Positions 16,104-30,847 of a DNA stretch of 64,000 nt are shown piece by piece. This stretch comes from Oikopleura dioica (taxonomy: Eukaryota > Animalia > Chordata): contig OU015567.1 of the NCBI GenBank assembly GCA_907165135.1, positions 1,240,001 to 1,304,000 on the forward strand, read 5' to 3'. The notes below the pieces were generated by a model that searched no databases, was not told where the DNA came from, and saw nothing but the letters and a program-made list of their open reading frames with translations. Within the stretch, counting starts at the first letter, position 1. Each line of letters begins with the position of its first letter. The position numbers and the translations under genes were made by a program.

Positions 16104-18790
16104 TCAGATAGCGCTGTACAGGCAAAAAATTTTCATGAAAGAATTTGTGAAATCAAATGACGCTTGAGTCAATTGACCGGATCGGGTATTTGTCGTGAAC
16201 TGGAAGCACTCGTAAGGCAGGAACTCGCCATCGTTCTGAAAAGAAAATTCAAATTCTATCATGATCATTACCATCGCCATGAAAAATGGATACCTTCGAT
16301 CTGCATAGGTATCTTTTTCAATCGAAAATTTCAACAAATTTTCCTCAATCAAGAACCCCCTCAAATCATTCGTTACCCCTTCTTTTAAATCTACATCCAA
16401 TCGACAGTCAGATTAATGCTCGGTCTCGTGACCATGATTTCCGACACTTCAATTTCATAGCTTTCATTTTCAATGACAGTCAATTCATCTTCCACTTCTG
16501 TCAAATCAGCGTCGGATAAATTTTCATTCGGCCCGTCAAAATTCCAAATGACAGTTGGTTCCTTTTCCGCTTCGAAATTTTCAATGTGTCGGATTGATGG
16601 GTCGTAATCAATGCTGTCTTCAAAATCATTACCTTTGAGGGTATTTGACAGGGTGCCGGGTTGATTATTTGTACAGTCAGGCGTGGCAACTAGAATTTCT
16701 TTCGACTGATGGCGCTGTAGCTGATCGGAGGAACCATCGACGGGCTCGTCGGATAGTTCTAGTGCGTCTGAAATCAAAGTTTGGAATCAAGGAAGAAAAT
16801 CGAAAAAGAAAACACCGAGTTTTGTGAGTTTGAAAATGCGGGTGAGATGATGGTGACAAACCTATATTTAATATTTGAGCAAATCGCGCTAGAAAGGTTT
16901 CAAAAAAAGATGATGGAAAAAGATGAATCAATGGCGAAAACATGCAAAAAAGTCTAAGACATGCATCTGGTTCTACCTGGACGATATTTGTGTCCTTTTT
17001 TGATTGTGTGGTGAGTCTTGAGCTCAGAAATCACTTCACCTAGTGGAGAATTGTCGGGAATGGGAGCTTGGATTGTCGACGACAATGTCGACGTCTCGCT
17101 TTCTTCGTCTTCGACTTCGACTTTGCGGTTTGGTGATTTTTGGGGATTATTTCCGGATCTTTGAGATTTTCTGAATTTTCGTTTTTCAAAATTGTCATGA
17201 ACAGAAAAAAAGCAAAGAAAAAAAAGCCAAAAATTTTACAAAGAAAAAAAGATTTTGAAAAACGAAGTGCCTGAGATCTTCAACTTCTCGAGTCAATTTG
17301 CCCACTTCTTTATGCAGCTCGTCAAGATACGGATTTGACTCTTTGGATTGATGACGACTGCGGGACGACTTATCGCTCCTGTGACGATGCTTTGGTCGAT
17401 GTCTAGGCCTGCGCTCTTCTGTTTTTGACTGATACTCGCTCACAGATCTCAGAGTTGCTCCGTACTCATTCGCTGATGCTTTTGGTTGGCTTTTCATTTG
17501 ATCAGAATTTCGACCCTTTTTCTTTGATAAAAGCCTTTCCTGTAGTCAGAATTGTGCCATGTGGTTGTCCAGATCGAACCAATCCAAAATCATCAGTCGG
17601 CATATCGTACCAGATCGCTGGATTTCTCACTGTATTCGTTTGACTCGAATATGCATCAGGTAGTGGCAGCTTTTTCTCCCCCTCCTTGGAATGAATTAGC
17701 TCAGAATCTATTGAAAGAAGCTCACGTCTGATTGGAAACTATGGTTGATTTGTTCCCCAGTAACTTTGTAGACCAAATCTCTGTCATCTTCCCGTTTGCA
17801 GCAGCAGCAACAAGGACCACACCAAACTGGACACTGGCATTTTCTGACGCAGCAGTAGACGATTACTGAATTGTTTTAGCGGGGCAAGACCGTTTTCCTT
17901 ACAGAAGATGATAAGCATAATGACAAGGAATCCAACAACAGCGATGACGATTATCAGCCAATTCTGCATCACCGGTCGGCAAGAATTTGGCTCTTCATTG
18001 GATCGCCACCAATAATCGCCTTCGCATTCACAGACAGGGGCAGCGTATTGACCGGTATTTATAGGATCCGCTTTTTGCGAACAAGTCTAGATAAAAAATA
18101 TTTCTCTGCCTTTTGTAAAGCTTCGCTCACCGCATGAGTTCCACATGTTTCAATAAGCATTGTTGAATCACAAGGCGAACTGCATTCCATTCGGCCACTT
18201 GAAGAAATTTCTTCGCAGCTGAGATTCAAACTCGCGCAGGGTTGCTCCACATTGTCGCAATTGTTCGGAGTCGTGATTTGGACATCAAGCGCGGAAGTGA
18301 TGAAGGATTGGTCAAGACCAAGCCATTCTACCAGCACCGGTGTTTCAAGGTTTTGCATCAGTGAGGCCTGAAAGCTGTCGTTTCTCTGCCTGCTGAATGG
18401 GGAACTTACATGGTTGGAGCTTCTGCTCATAAAAGTATTCGCAGCGAATGGCAAGTCAAAAGTGATGATAACTCCGGCACCGTTACTGTCATATCTCATC
18501 GTGTAGTCTCTCATGTCACTACTGTCATTGTATCCATTCATATCATTGAAGACTTGCCAGTTTCGGTCATCTTCTAGCGGCAAATTACTGTCTCCTTGAA
18601 TTGTCACTAGAAAACAAGATGCTATTTTCATTCGGTGGAAGGATTTTTTCATACCTTTGACAATATAAGTTCTGTAAATATTATCCCTCGGGAATGTTTT
18701 CTCCAAAGGGCATGGATAAGTGTCCGGCAGACCGCAAGTTTGTTGTCCAGAAATCACGGCGATCAGGAAGGAAACAACGAGGATTTTCAT
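16104..18790 (-). CDS. Putative type I membrane protein: signal peptide, SEA-like region, EGF-like modules, TM, Cys-rich juxtamembrane, long cytoplasmic acidic tail; the 3' half could be a separate gene
   Basis: MKILVVSFLIAVISG signal; CDNVEQPCASLNLSC...MECSSPC; PVCECEGDYWW...SCRP; TM NWLIIVIAVVGFLVIMLIIF; YCCVRKCQCPVWCGPCCCCCK. A GC-AG intron at 17270-17171 keeps frame; apparent 1-nt frameshift at 16399-16400. Confidence 0.55.
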
Positions 18791-20615
18791 TTTTGAGAAT
18801 TTTTTTTCTTTTTTACTCAAGCATTTTTTTCGCGATCTGAAGGGGAAAAATGATTAATAAGGGTCTTAAAAATGCGTGTTTTTCTCTATATTTTTTCTTT
18901 CAAAATGAATGATGAGGCCCTTTTTGTACAATTAGGAGAAGCGGCAGAGTTCAGTCAAGTTCTGAGAGTAGTATTGTTTGGACAGAGCTCTTGAGCCCGA
19001 AGACGAGTGTGCTAATTGTTCGACTTACACGCTTCTGTAAATGGTCACTTTTAAACTACTCTCTCTTTTTTCTCTCTCTATTATTTGCCGCCTACAAAAA
19101 GCTCTAAAATACTACGAGTAGGGGATGCGCGATTCAATCGATCTGTGTCTAACAGATCATCCAGATTTTCTTATCTTAGGCGATCGGCATCTACGAAGAA
19201 TTAAATTAAATTGCTCATACTTTTTTTAATTTATTAAACAAAAAAAGAATGAGAAAATTTCTTGAATCAGTAAAATTTTTAAGGAAGATAAATCTCTTTT
19301 TGTCGAGTTCTCTGACTCTGGAATTTGAAAAAAAAATATTCTCTCAATCTATTCTTTCTTTCTCGATTTTCGTCTGTGTATCGTTCAAATATGAGAAAAG
19401 GCCTTTGTTAAGAAACTTTATTATTTAGCTTCTGGTCTCGCGCTGTCTAAGCTTCCCTATTCACGTAAAATTATAGTGCCGTCATTTTTCTTCTTTTATG
19501 CTCCTAAGCTCCCACTCATTCTTCAAACTAGTCATCTAATAATCACTCCAAAATAGAAATTTTAGGGGATACCTTTTCTTTAGCGTCTTTATTTTCTCTT
19601 GTTGGGAAATCTGTTAAAAATCTTGTTTTCGACTCCGAACTCGCCCGAGGCGCGGCTAGTCGTTTAGCTCACGCCGCGGGGGATGACTTCTTTCCCATTC
19701 ACAATGAGCCAATTTGAGAATTACTTTCGCCAAATTGACCTTAGCATCTATAATAACCGAACATTTACCATAAATAAATTCCCACATATTTAATAATCTT
19801 CGGAGATTTAAGAGGAATTTGAGAAATCGCCGTTAGCTGAAAACAAAAAGCCCAAAAAAGGGAAATAAAACGAAAAAATAATATAAATTTTGAAAATTTT
19901 TGACTTAAAATTTTTCAACAACAAAAATTTTTTTACCTGAATTTGATTTTCTCTTTTTTTCTATTTTCTCCTTTTTTCAACTTCTCGAAATTGCCCAAAT
20001 TACTCTCTAAAACTCTCTCTTCTTCTCAATTTTCTCACGCTTTTCAAATTTCAGACGCTATTATTAGCTCTCCAAATCTTCAAAAAAATTTATTTTCTCC
20101 TCCGCCGCAATTTTTCCTATTTTTGAAAAAGTCGGTTTTGCTCTTGGCGAATACGGAGCGAATCTGAAATGATCAAATCGCTCAAGCGTGAACCTAACAG
20201 TCTTGTTTTTTGCTTTTGAGATAGCGAAAGAGGGAGAGATCCGCGCGGCCAACCGTTGTGGTTGCTTGACTTTTAAGACGTTTATTGAAGCCACAAGCCG
20301 AATCCAAAACAAGGAGATTTTATTCTCCATCATAATTTTTGTCTTTGATTGTCGACTAGACATTGGCGTTAATACGGTGGAAAAATTTGAAAACAAATTA
20401 CTGGCATGAACTTCTCCACGAAGCAAACTTTAATAATTCGGACACCGACAAATCTGTCCTGATATCATTTGATAGTTTCAAATTATCTGCAGAAAAAAAA
20501 TGATAAAAACCCTGCTGCGAGAATCGGTATCGCCAACTGCTGGTCTTTAAGACTAATAGCAAACACCCGATACATTAAATATCATCGTACTTCGACCGTC
20601 TTAGTTAGACGAAAT

Positions 20616-21387
20616 ATGTCAGAGGGAAAAATGAAAAGAAAAAAATTGATTTTATTTTTTTCCATTACCCTTGTGGTCGCCATCGTCATTACTGTCATCA
20701 CAGTTCCTCTTGTCTTGAAGAAAAATCGGGAGAGCGCTGAACCGCCAAGTCCTTGTCTGAAATACTGCATCGACCCGGCAAAATGCACAATTATCGTTTG
20801 CGAAGAGCCATTTCAACCGAGGGAGAATACGACCATGGGCACGATTGTTGCGACTGAAGAATTTCGACTGAAGCTTGATCTTCTGATTCCAGAAAATATC
20901 AGAAACACGCTGAATAATGTCCTTCAGGAACGAAAACATTTTTATTAACCCCATTCAAAACGGTATTTGTATTTCAAAAAAAAGATACACACTCCTGGTT
21001 CCGGAAATTTCACTCATTTTGGCGATGGATTTTTTTCAATTTGGAACTCAGAGGGGAAAAAAGATGACTCTATCATCGTCACAACTTCAAATAAAAAACA
21101 GAAATGAAATAAGAGTACCTGTTACTAGACCAGTTGAAAACTTCAAATCTATCGAGGTCAAATTTAAATGATCTTCTTCATTACCTTTTCCGTAGGTCAT
21201 TCAAAGCCACAACAATCAAACTGGCAATCTCCTTCATCAGATCAATCACGACGGCGACATTCTTCTGGAAAAAGAATACCTCCGCGAAAAATTTTTTACT
21301 GGACCTCTTGAAGTATGGATTTCTGATAAATGGAACCCAACCGCTGGAAAATTCAGAATCATGAATTTTCTTTTTGAAAATCATTGA
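20616..21387 (+). CDS. Orphan type II membrane protein
   Basis: MSEGKMKRKK followed by a TM helix (LILFFSITLVVAIVITVITVPLVL), Cys cluster CLKYC..PAKC...C; last exon VIQSHNN...MNFLFENH* after an AG at about 21195. Confidence 0.55.
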
Positions 21388-21498
21388 TCAGTTTTTTTCA
21401 AATAAATATCTGCCAATGCAGCTTCTCACTGCTCATTTTATTCTTGTTGCGGATATGGTGACATCAAATTGATAAGGATATTTGTTATTTTATATTTT

Positions 21499-23092
21499 CT
21501 AAAAATACATATGTTGAACACCGGGAAACAGCGGCGGGCCAGTACTGTTCGCCTCGGCAGTGAATTGTTGCACAGTTTTGACCCAGTGATTGTACAGATA
21601 GCTAATGTAAATTCGGTCCGCGTCCCAGTTGAGAACCAGGCTTTCGTCGGACACCTTCGCTCGTTTTTTAAAGCACTCGACTCGCTGCGTCCTTTCCGAC
21701 GTTTCGAAGCAGCACTCGGCCGAGGCGCAGCGAGAAACGGAAGTGATTTCGCCACCGCCGATCAAGTCACGCTGCTGGCAACTTTCGCGTAGTTCGCGGG
21801 GAATATCGCAAGTTCCGTCGATAAGAGCTGAATTTAAGAGTTGACAGAAGAATCGAGAAAATTGGCTGTTTTTTGTTAAATTTTTACCTGAGTAAGGAAT
21901 CCGACAGTGACAAAATCGGCAGCCAAAATAATCGGAGAAACAAACTCGCTCGCTATTTTGACAAGCACTCTGCGCAACCGAGTTCGGACAAACTGAAACA
22001 TATTTTTCATCGCGATTTGTACGTTAATTGGCCAAAAATATTCATTTTCGGGCCTCATCTGTGCGTATGCGCGCGTTGCCAAAATTCAACCAAAAAGGTG
22101 CATTTCTCAACGGTTCAGAAAAGAAAAAAACTGTTTACTCACCTCTTTCGGATAAGTCGACGGGAATCTGTTTTTTCTTGAGATAAAGGTCAAAACTCGG
22201 CAGCCACTCGTCGAAATGTTGTTTCCGCCACTTCGAAACGCTCGAAATCGGCGATTCATGTTATTTTGAAAACTGAAGGGGACACCCTTAAGCTTTTCGG
22301 AAACAGAGATTTTCTACGTTCTCGAAAGTTCCTTGCCATTTTGATTTTCTATTTTGGTAATTTCAAAGCGTTTTCCTGAATATACTGACTAAAAAATTCC
22401 CCATCTCTGCAATCCAAATTCTCCGCCTCAGACGGGCCCGATTTCGTCAGCGCCAGTTCATTTCCCTCCTGATCGACGCAGAAACAAGAGAAATTCGGCG
22501 AATCGGACCACTGATTTTGAAATGCAGCTTGAGTATATTTCTGCGTGTCGCACTGTTTTGTCTTGAACTTGGCTCCTTCCTCCTCGCAGACGGGAACATA
22601 CGGGCCCATTTCCATCGGAACACGAGGGTTTTCCCAGCGCCAGCGAAAGGCTTCGAGTCTTAAAATAAAGAATACGTCATGAAATCAATGTCCAACACAT
22701 TCGAAACCGGCTTGAAAAGAGAGAGGATAGAGATAAGACCATTTTGAACCTGGCGAGATACATAATAATTATGTCTTATCTGAGATCGAAGCCCCTCAAA
22801 AGAAATGCGACCGTTGAGAGGGCTTCTTCTACAACTACGTTCCTTAGATTTTATCTGAAGCAGCAAATGATCGACTTCTTGAAGTGTTCAAGAGCTTTCC
22901 CCTTTTGTACCTTTTCTGGTAGCATTTTCCATCGTTAAAGACAGCTGTTTCAGTGGTTTCATTAAAGAAAGGAATGCGAGCGTAGAAATCGTAATTTTGG
23001 CTTTGCTGAATGTCCGATTTGATGGATTTTCCGATCGTTGCTTCGAACTTTTCCGGGTTGAATTTCAGAAATTCAGGGTTCTGATTAGCCAA
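21499..23092 (-). CDS. Thyroglobulin type-1 domain protein (exon limits approximate; 5' end may extend to about 23530)
   Basis: Exon about 22400-22660 encodes GPYVPVCEEEGAKFKTKQC...SCFCVDQEGNELALT...LDC, the thyroglobulin type-1 consensus. Confidence 0.65.
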
Positions 23093-24539
23093 CTGGCCAA
23101 ATGCAAAAATCTGATTGGTTTGAACAATTATGTTGAAAATCGCCGCGAGTATTTTCCGACTTGTCCCTTCCCCTTATTTTAGGACTTAACCGAAAAATGG
23201 AAGTACATTTTTGGATAGCCAATAAGATCGCTGTATTGAGCCTACCTGCCAATCAAAGCCCTAATCAAGAAGATCATTTCCATTTTCTGGTTCGCCCCCT
23301 ATTTTAGGCCCCTTATTATCAAATTAATAAAAAATCAACCCTTTCCTTGATAAGATTGCAAATTCTATTCTGTCTCCAATAGCTAAAACTCTGGCACCTG
23401 AAGCTCTTTTCGTTGCAACAGAGTTCCATGCAATCCTAAAATTGAATTTAAACATAATTTCAGAAAAGAGCCCGGAATCGCATTCGAGCAGCAGGAGCGA
23501 GCGGCAGATCGCGGCGCAGATCATCCCCAAATTTATGCAAACTTATACAGGCCTCCCAAAAATGCTAGAAAGCGCGCGAGCCAGCCCTTTCTCAGGCGGG
23601 CGCTAATGATCGTGGAGCTCTGAGTGGATTGAACCCGCTTTTCGGCCCTGATGAGAGTGACTTACCAAAACACTGTCAACGGGATAACGAGGGTCGAAAT
23701 CGTAATCCCTCACACCTGGGACGTAGCTCCTTTCGTGAAATGCAAACATGCCACATTCTTGAACAAGCTTTTCTGATTCAGGGTCTTTCTACCAGGGAAA
23801 TATCCGTGAGCATTAAAAATGATAAATTAAGGATGTCATTAGCAAAATAAACGCCTTTTTAAAAAATCGGATGAAAACGGAAAATGCCAAGAAAAAAATC
23901 AATTTCTAAATTTTTGACCTATAAAAAACCTTTTTAGGGCTGACCAACCAATCAGGGACAGGAAATTTTTTTTCACAATCGTTTATTTTTGTGCCTTTTT
24001 AGACGAAATTATTCGAGAATGAATGATTTCATAACATGAAAAAATAATCTTCACGAATAGAAGACCCTTATTTCCTTTGATAACAATTTGCGCATGGAGC
24101 ACCTTAATCCACAATCCCCATCTTCCGATCATCTTCAACTATCCTCTCTTTTTTATTTTTTGCTTTCTCTTTTTTTTTGTCTTTAGTTAATATTTTCTTC
24201 CATCGGATTCATTTTCGAGCACAAATAATTGCAAGTAATTTTGTTCAAAAAATTCAAGAACGTTTAAAAAATCTAGCTGTTTGGTGGTGGAGGCGCTCAA
24301 ACATGGCGCGGCGGCGCAGCGCTCGGCCGCTGCGCGTTTTTTAAGGTTTCAGAAACAGCGAAAAGCCAATTTCGCCCGATCTTCCCAGGTTCGCTGAGGA
24401 TGTCCGAACCCGCTCGTTTTCGAAATGTAAATATGCCACTACAAGATTCTTAGGCGGCGAAATACTTTTAAACCACTTTTTTGATCTTTGATTTTGGCGC
24501 TCCAGTCTGAAATTGCTCAATCAAAAGCTTCATTTTTCA

Positions 24540-24680
24540 TGATTTTCGATTTTTCCAGGTCGAGAAAAGCCGTTTGCGGCTTCGAGAAAACTATTCAAAA
24601 AGCCGCGCTTGACGCGGTGTTTTATGTTTTTTTACTCGAAGCCGCAAGCGGCTTCTCGATTTTTTAAAAATGATCCTTGG
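24540..24680. repeat. Repeat built on AAGCCGCnnGCGGCTT palindromes
   Basis: AAGCCGTTTGCGGCTT and AAGCCGCAAGCGGCTT in inverted arrangement; related cluster at 60340-60540. Confidence 0.55.
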
Positions 24681-24923
24681 AGCCTTAATTTTTTTATCGA
24701 GAAAAGAGCGGGAAAGGCGTAAAGCAATGTTTTTTTCGAAAAAGCGGAAGGGCGTCACTATGTTTTGCAAATATAAAAATGCAAAGGCTATTTGAATAAT
24801 TTAAGCAGCCTGAAAAAAGAGGCGGAGAAATTTTAAGTTCCGCTTTTTTGCAATTTACAAAACTTGAGTTGAAGTTTTCCTCGGCCTGGCAACTTTTGAA
24901 ATAAGCGAATTTTGAAGTCTTAA

Positions 24924-25603
24924 GGGTACTATCTTCGATTTCCCCAACTTGGGCCTTGAATAACTAGGAACTTGACAATAATACCTGAGTCCATATGGGC
25001 TCATTGAATAGACCTGTCTTAGATCTTAACTATTACAGAGGGGTTTATTAATTGCTTGCCCGAAAAGTGGCTAAATTTTGGCTTGAAGTGGTCATCTTCG
25101 CCAAAATGGCCTATATAAACGGTTGAATAACTCAAAAACTAGTCTGAAAACTTGGCCTTTTTATATTTTTTATATAAAATTTGAACCTTAATCTTTAAAA
25201 TTACAGAAGGAATTTTTCATTGAAAAACTAAAAATACCAAAAATAATTTTTTGAAAATTGTGTCTCGCAGATTTTGCGAAAATTGAGCATTTTTTAAAAT
25301 TTTGCGACACATTTTTGGCTCTAGAAGCTAAAATAGCGAACTGTAAGAATTGAGTAAGTCATAATGAAAGTCGCCTTGCTCTGAGCTTCAAAACAAGCAC
25401 TTATTTGAAAGAATCAGACACGAAGAATTTTTTCGGAAAAAATACCTTTGAGTACTAAAATCGTTAAAAAATCGTATTTTCATGAAAACGGTAAACGTTA
25501 TGAATGAAATTTTCGGACCTTTTTAGATCAAAATTTTATGAAGAATCCATATTCGATTAAAAATTAACATTCACAGTCATTTGGGACACCGACGGTAGTA
25601 CCC
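24924..25603. mobile_element. Kolobok-like non-autonomous element (TTAA TSD)
   Basis: TTAA|GGGTACTATCTTCG ... CGACGGTAGTACCC|TTAA; GG termini inside TTAA. Confidence 0.75.
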
Positions 25604-26807
25604 TTAAAGCTCATCCTCTTTGTAAGATTTTAGAAAATCTCGGCGCTGAGACTGAAAAAGGAGCCGGCACCCGACTTTGACGGCGATTAGAACTGATCTG
25701 ACAGGTCACGAGGGTCCGTTCAAGTTGTTTTGACTAAGTTCTGCTACACCACCCTTATTTTCGAATACCATCATCTTGAGAGTAAAAATAAATACACCAA
25801 AATAAGCTTCTGAACATGAAAAATCACATTTTACATGAAAAAAAGACAGGTTTATTTATAAAATTTTAATTTTTTAAAAAAATAGTTTCTCAAAAAAATA
25901 TTTTAGCAAAAAATAAAAAAAATAAGGGTTTTTTAAAATTAAGATTTTATTTGATGAATTGTTGCTTTTGCTGGATGGCTATTCGATTAAGGGTAGCGTG
26001 TTACGGGCTTATTGGATTTGGCCATTCTAGGGCAGGCTAAAGGGCTTTTTGGTTTCTCGGAGTTGATCCGATGCGATTTTCGGCGATTTGGCACCGGACT
26101 TCCTCTCTCTTAAATATTTTCTTTCCGGCACTCGCCCGGTCCATTTTACAGAAAAATTATTTTTCTAGTGCAAATTCTTGACTTTTTCTTGGTCAAATTT
26201 CGTTTTTCGCTTACAATTATTTTTTCGTAGCGACACCCTTATTCTTAAAAACAAGCAGGTAGCCATTTCAACAGAATGAAAAATCCCAACCTTTTTTGTA
26301 TTTATTCCTTCGCGCTCGAAAGAATGATCTGGGAAGAACGAATCCGGAAGCGAGATCAACGTATAATCCGGGTACGGACGGCAGCTTTACGAATACGCTC
26401 AAACACAATTTATTCACCAGAAAGTGATTTTTTAAGTGGCTTTTTGCGAATAAAGCATTTGTTTGAAATGGGAAAAAAAATGGAAAAAGAAGTTGGAATC
26501 GGAGCAAAACATAACTGATTTATGTTAAACAGGCTTATCAGGTGCTCTCCTGCAGGGAGAAAAGGCGATTAGCGACGTGACTCGGCGGAGGAAAAGCCCG
26601 ATAAAGCGGATTACACTTGCCGAAATTCACATTTTTCACACAAAAAAATCTTAATTCGTATATTTACCTGTAGACCGAAATAGAACTGTTTTATTTGCCC
26701 AAGTATCTACAAACTGGAGGCTCTACTATTTGTGCTAAATCACGCCCATCACAAAATGGAAACTCCCATAAAACTTATTTTCTCCGTTCATCCAAACTCT
26801 GTAGCTA

Positions 26808-28733
<1,926 letters not shown>

Positions 28734-29271
28734 AGAAAATGAAGAAAGGATGAAAATAACTATACAATACTACACTTAGATTTCTTGCTCGGTTTTTGTT
28801 GGGGAGGCTCCAGTGCCGCTAATACCGCTTCATCGAACACGTTTTTAAGACCTGAACAATTTTACAAAGAGCTTTTCCGAAAAGACGCTCACCTGTTTGA
28901 GTTAGGGCGGAACACTCGACGTATCTGGCTGCTTTCAGCTCTTTGGCTAGTTTTTCTCCTTATTCAAACTTGATCGGCTCCTGCTTCTGTTTCGCCAGCT
29001 TCTCGATAGTTCCACCGTCTTCTCTCAGATCCGCTTGAGTGCCAACCTTTAATTTTAGTGTTAAAAGAGGGAAGAAATGTGGCCTCCTACGAGTAAAAAG
29101 GGCGTCTTTGGACAATGGTGAGCGATTTCAGGAACCCATTTTTCTTTTATTTTTTCGAAGGAACTCGGCGCCACCACTGAGAAACAGACGAGGAAGACAC
29201 CTGTATCGGAGTAGATTAGTGGTCGCAATCTTAATGTACCGGTACAGTGTCAGTGGATTATCACGGCGAGT

Positions 29272-29434
29272 CAGGGGTCTGGATTTTGGCCGAAAATGAA
29301 AAGCGAAAGCGAAAATTTTTCAAAAATTTTAAGCGAAAGCGAAGCGAACCAAAAGTTCGAAAGCGAGAGCGGAGCGAAGCAAATTGAAATTACAAAGAGC
29401 GAAAGCGAATTCGCTAAGCGAATCCAAACCCCTT
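29272..29434. mobile_element. Small hAT-like element with an AAAGCG array, in Cdc42 intron 2
   Basis: TIR-like CAGGGGTCTGGATT / AATCCAAACCCCT; tandem AAAGCG/GAAGCG units; no clean TSD. Confidence 0.6.
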
Positions 29435-29440
29435 AGCGAA

Positions 29441-29956
29441 GTGATACGGCCTTATTCTTCGGCTTGGAGGCCGAAGGATTCATGCGTGTAAGAACACTGA
29501 TTCTTCGGCTAAGATGAGTTTATTCACAGATTCCTGTGCCCCTTACCACGGGGCTCCGCCCCTTAGGTCCTAAAATGCCGGGGCCTAGTCTTGGGTTACT
29601 TAGGGTTACCTTCAGTTACCCTAACTAACCCTAGCCTATCCCCCTCGGGTGAGTTTATTATGTCACTTTGCCCAGTGCCCCCTAACACTAGCCTCAAATT
29701 ATAGCAAATGCTTATTGTTAAAATAAGTTTTTTCCCTAGAAAATGTCTTGTTCTTAAGTTATGACTCATACGTTACAATCAAAGATTTATCAAAAGAATT
29801 TTGATAATGGATTCTAAAAAATTTGCCGAAGAATCACTGTCAATTTTATCATTTATCCTTCGGTTAATCCTTTTAGGCAATTCTCAATTAGCCGAAGAAT
29901 CAGTGTTATTGTAAGCATCGATTCTTTGGTCTAGCCGAAGAATCAGCCCATATCAC
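29441..29956. mobile_element. MITE with about 70-bp imperfect TIRs, in Cdc42 intron 2
   Basis: GTGATACGGCCTTATTCTTCGGCT...ACACTGATTCTTCGGCTAA mirrored by TTAGCCGAAGAATCAGTGT...AGCCGAAGAATCAGCCCATATCAC. Confidence 0.75.
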
Positions 29957-30579
29957 GCTGGGCGAGTCATAGTTTTATGTTTGGCCTTTTGTCGGCAGCG
30001 CTCGGCCCAGCCAGACTACTCACTTGTCGCAAATTTCCTGGGAATCCGTATCGAAAAGCCCCAGCGTGTAAGGTTCTCCACCGATCATGACTGTCACAGC
30101 GTAATTGTCGAAAACTAACCAAATTCAATTCATAAGCAAAGAAAAAAGTCTGTTCTACATGTTGGCACGTATTCGCTTGGAAATTTATTCGTTTTATACG
30201 TAGTGAGAAGGCAAGTTTTACCAACGGCTCCGTCGCCAACTACGACGCATTTTATCGTCGGCATTCTGAAGAAAAACAGTCTCTACATGTACTTCCAGAG
30301 TTTTGCGTTGAAAAAAAACAGGAGAAAAGTCTCGGAAAAGACAGGAAAAGGACCGGAAAAGAAACGCTAGTTTGAATTTCATGGGGTCAAAGAAAGAGAG
30401 TGCGAGAGCGGCCTATTCACGCAGTAAATCGAGTCATAGTCTATGACTATAAAAATAATATTTTTTACCGATTTTAACAATAACCTTCCTGAGAGTTCTC
30501 AATCACTGAGTCGATCGGAATCACTTATTTGTAAAAGCATTCAACTCATTTTCCGACCTCAAGATGAGCCCGATCCGAG

Positions 30580-30766
30580 GGAAGGATGCAATTAACCCGG
30601 GTCTCAGACCCGAGACTCGTTTCAAAAGTGACGCCCGGGTATCCAATACCGGAATCCTAGGTATTGGACCCGGGCGTCACTTCTGAGGGGGTATCCCGGG
30701 TCTGAGACCCGGGCGTCACTTTTAAACGAATCCCAGGTCTGAGACCCGGGCTAATTGTATACTTCC
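30580..30766. mobile_element. MULE/Mutator-like MITE (187 bp, 9-bp TSD)
   Basis: TSD CGATCCGAG at 30571-79 and 30767-75; TIR GGAAGGATGCAATTAACCCGGGTCTCAGACC mirrored at the right end; largely palindromic. Confidence 0.82.
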
Positions 30767-30847
30767 CGATCCGAGATGTGGGTCGAAGTTTGCATACTTC
30801 TACTTCACTTCTTTCGTCTTTCTTATGAGTTTCATGATGTTGAACTC

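Larger units (their letters stand above)
28760..30264 (-). pseudogene. CDC42: Cdc42 paralogue with introns, degenerate G3 box and an in-frame TAA at 28960-28962
   Basis: [20 protein letters not shown]...[110 protein letters not shown]. Confidence 0.85.

Noticed and set aside
23630-23790. CTGATGAG...CGAAA resembling a hammerhead ribozyme core, or a C/D box snoRNA (TGATGA...CTGA)
   Set aside because: Stem II pairs for only 2 bp, no stem I/III with a UH cleavage site could be built, and the terminal stem does not abut the C and D boxes.
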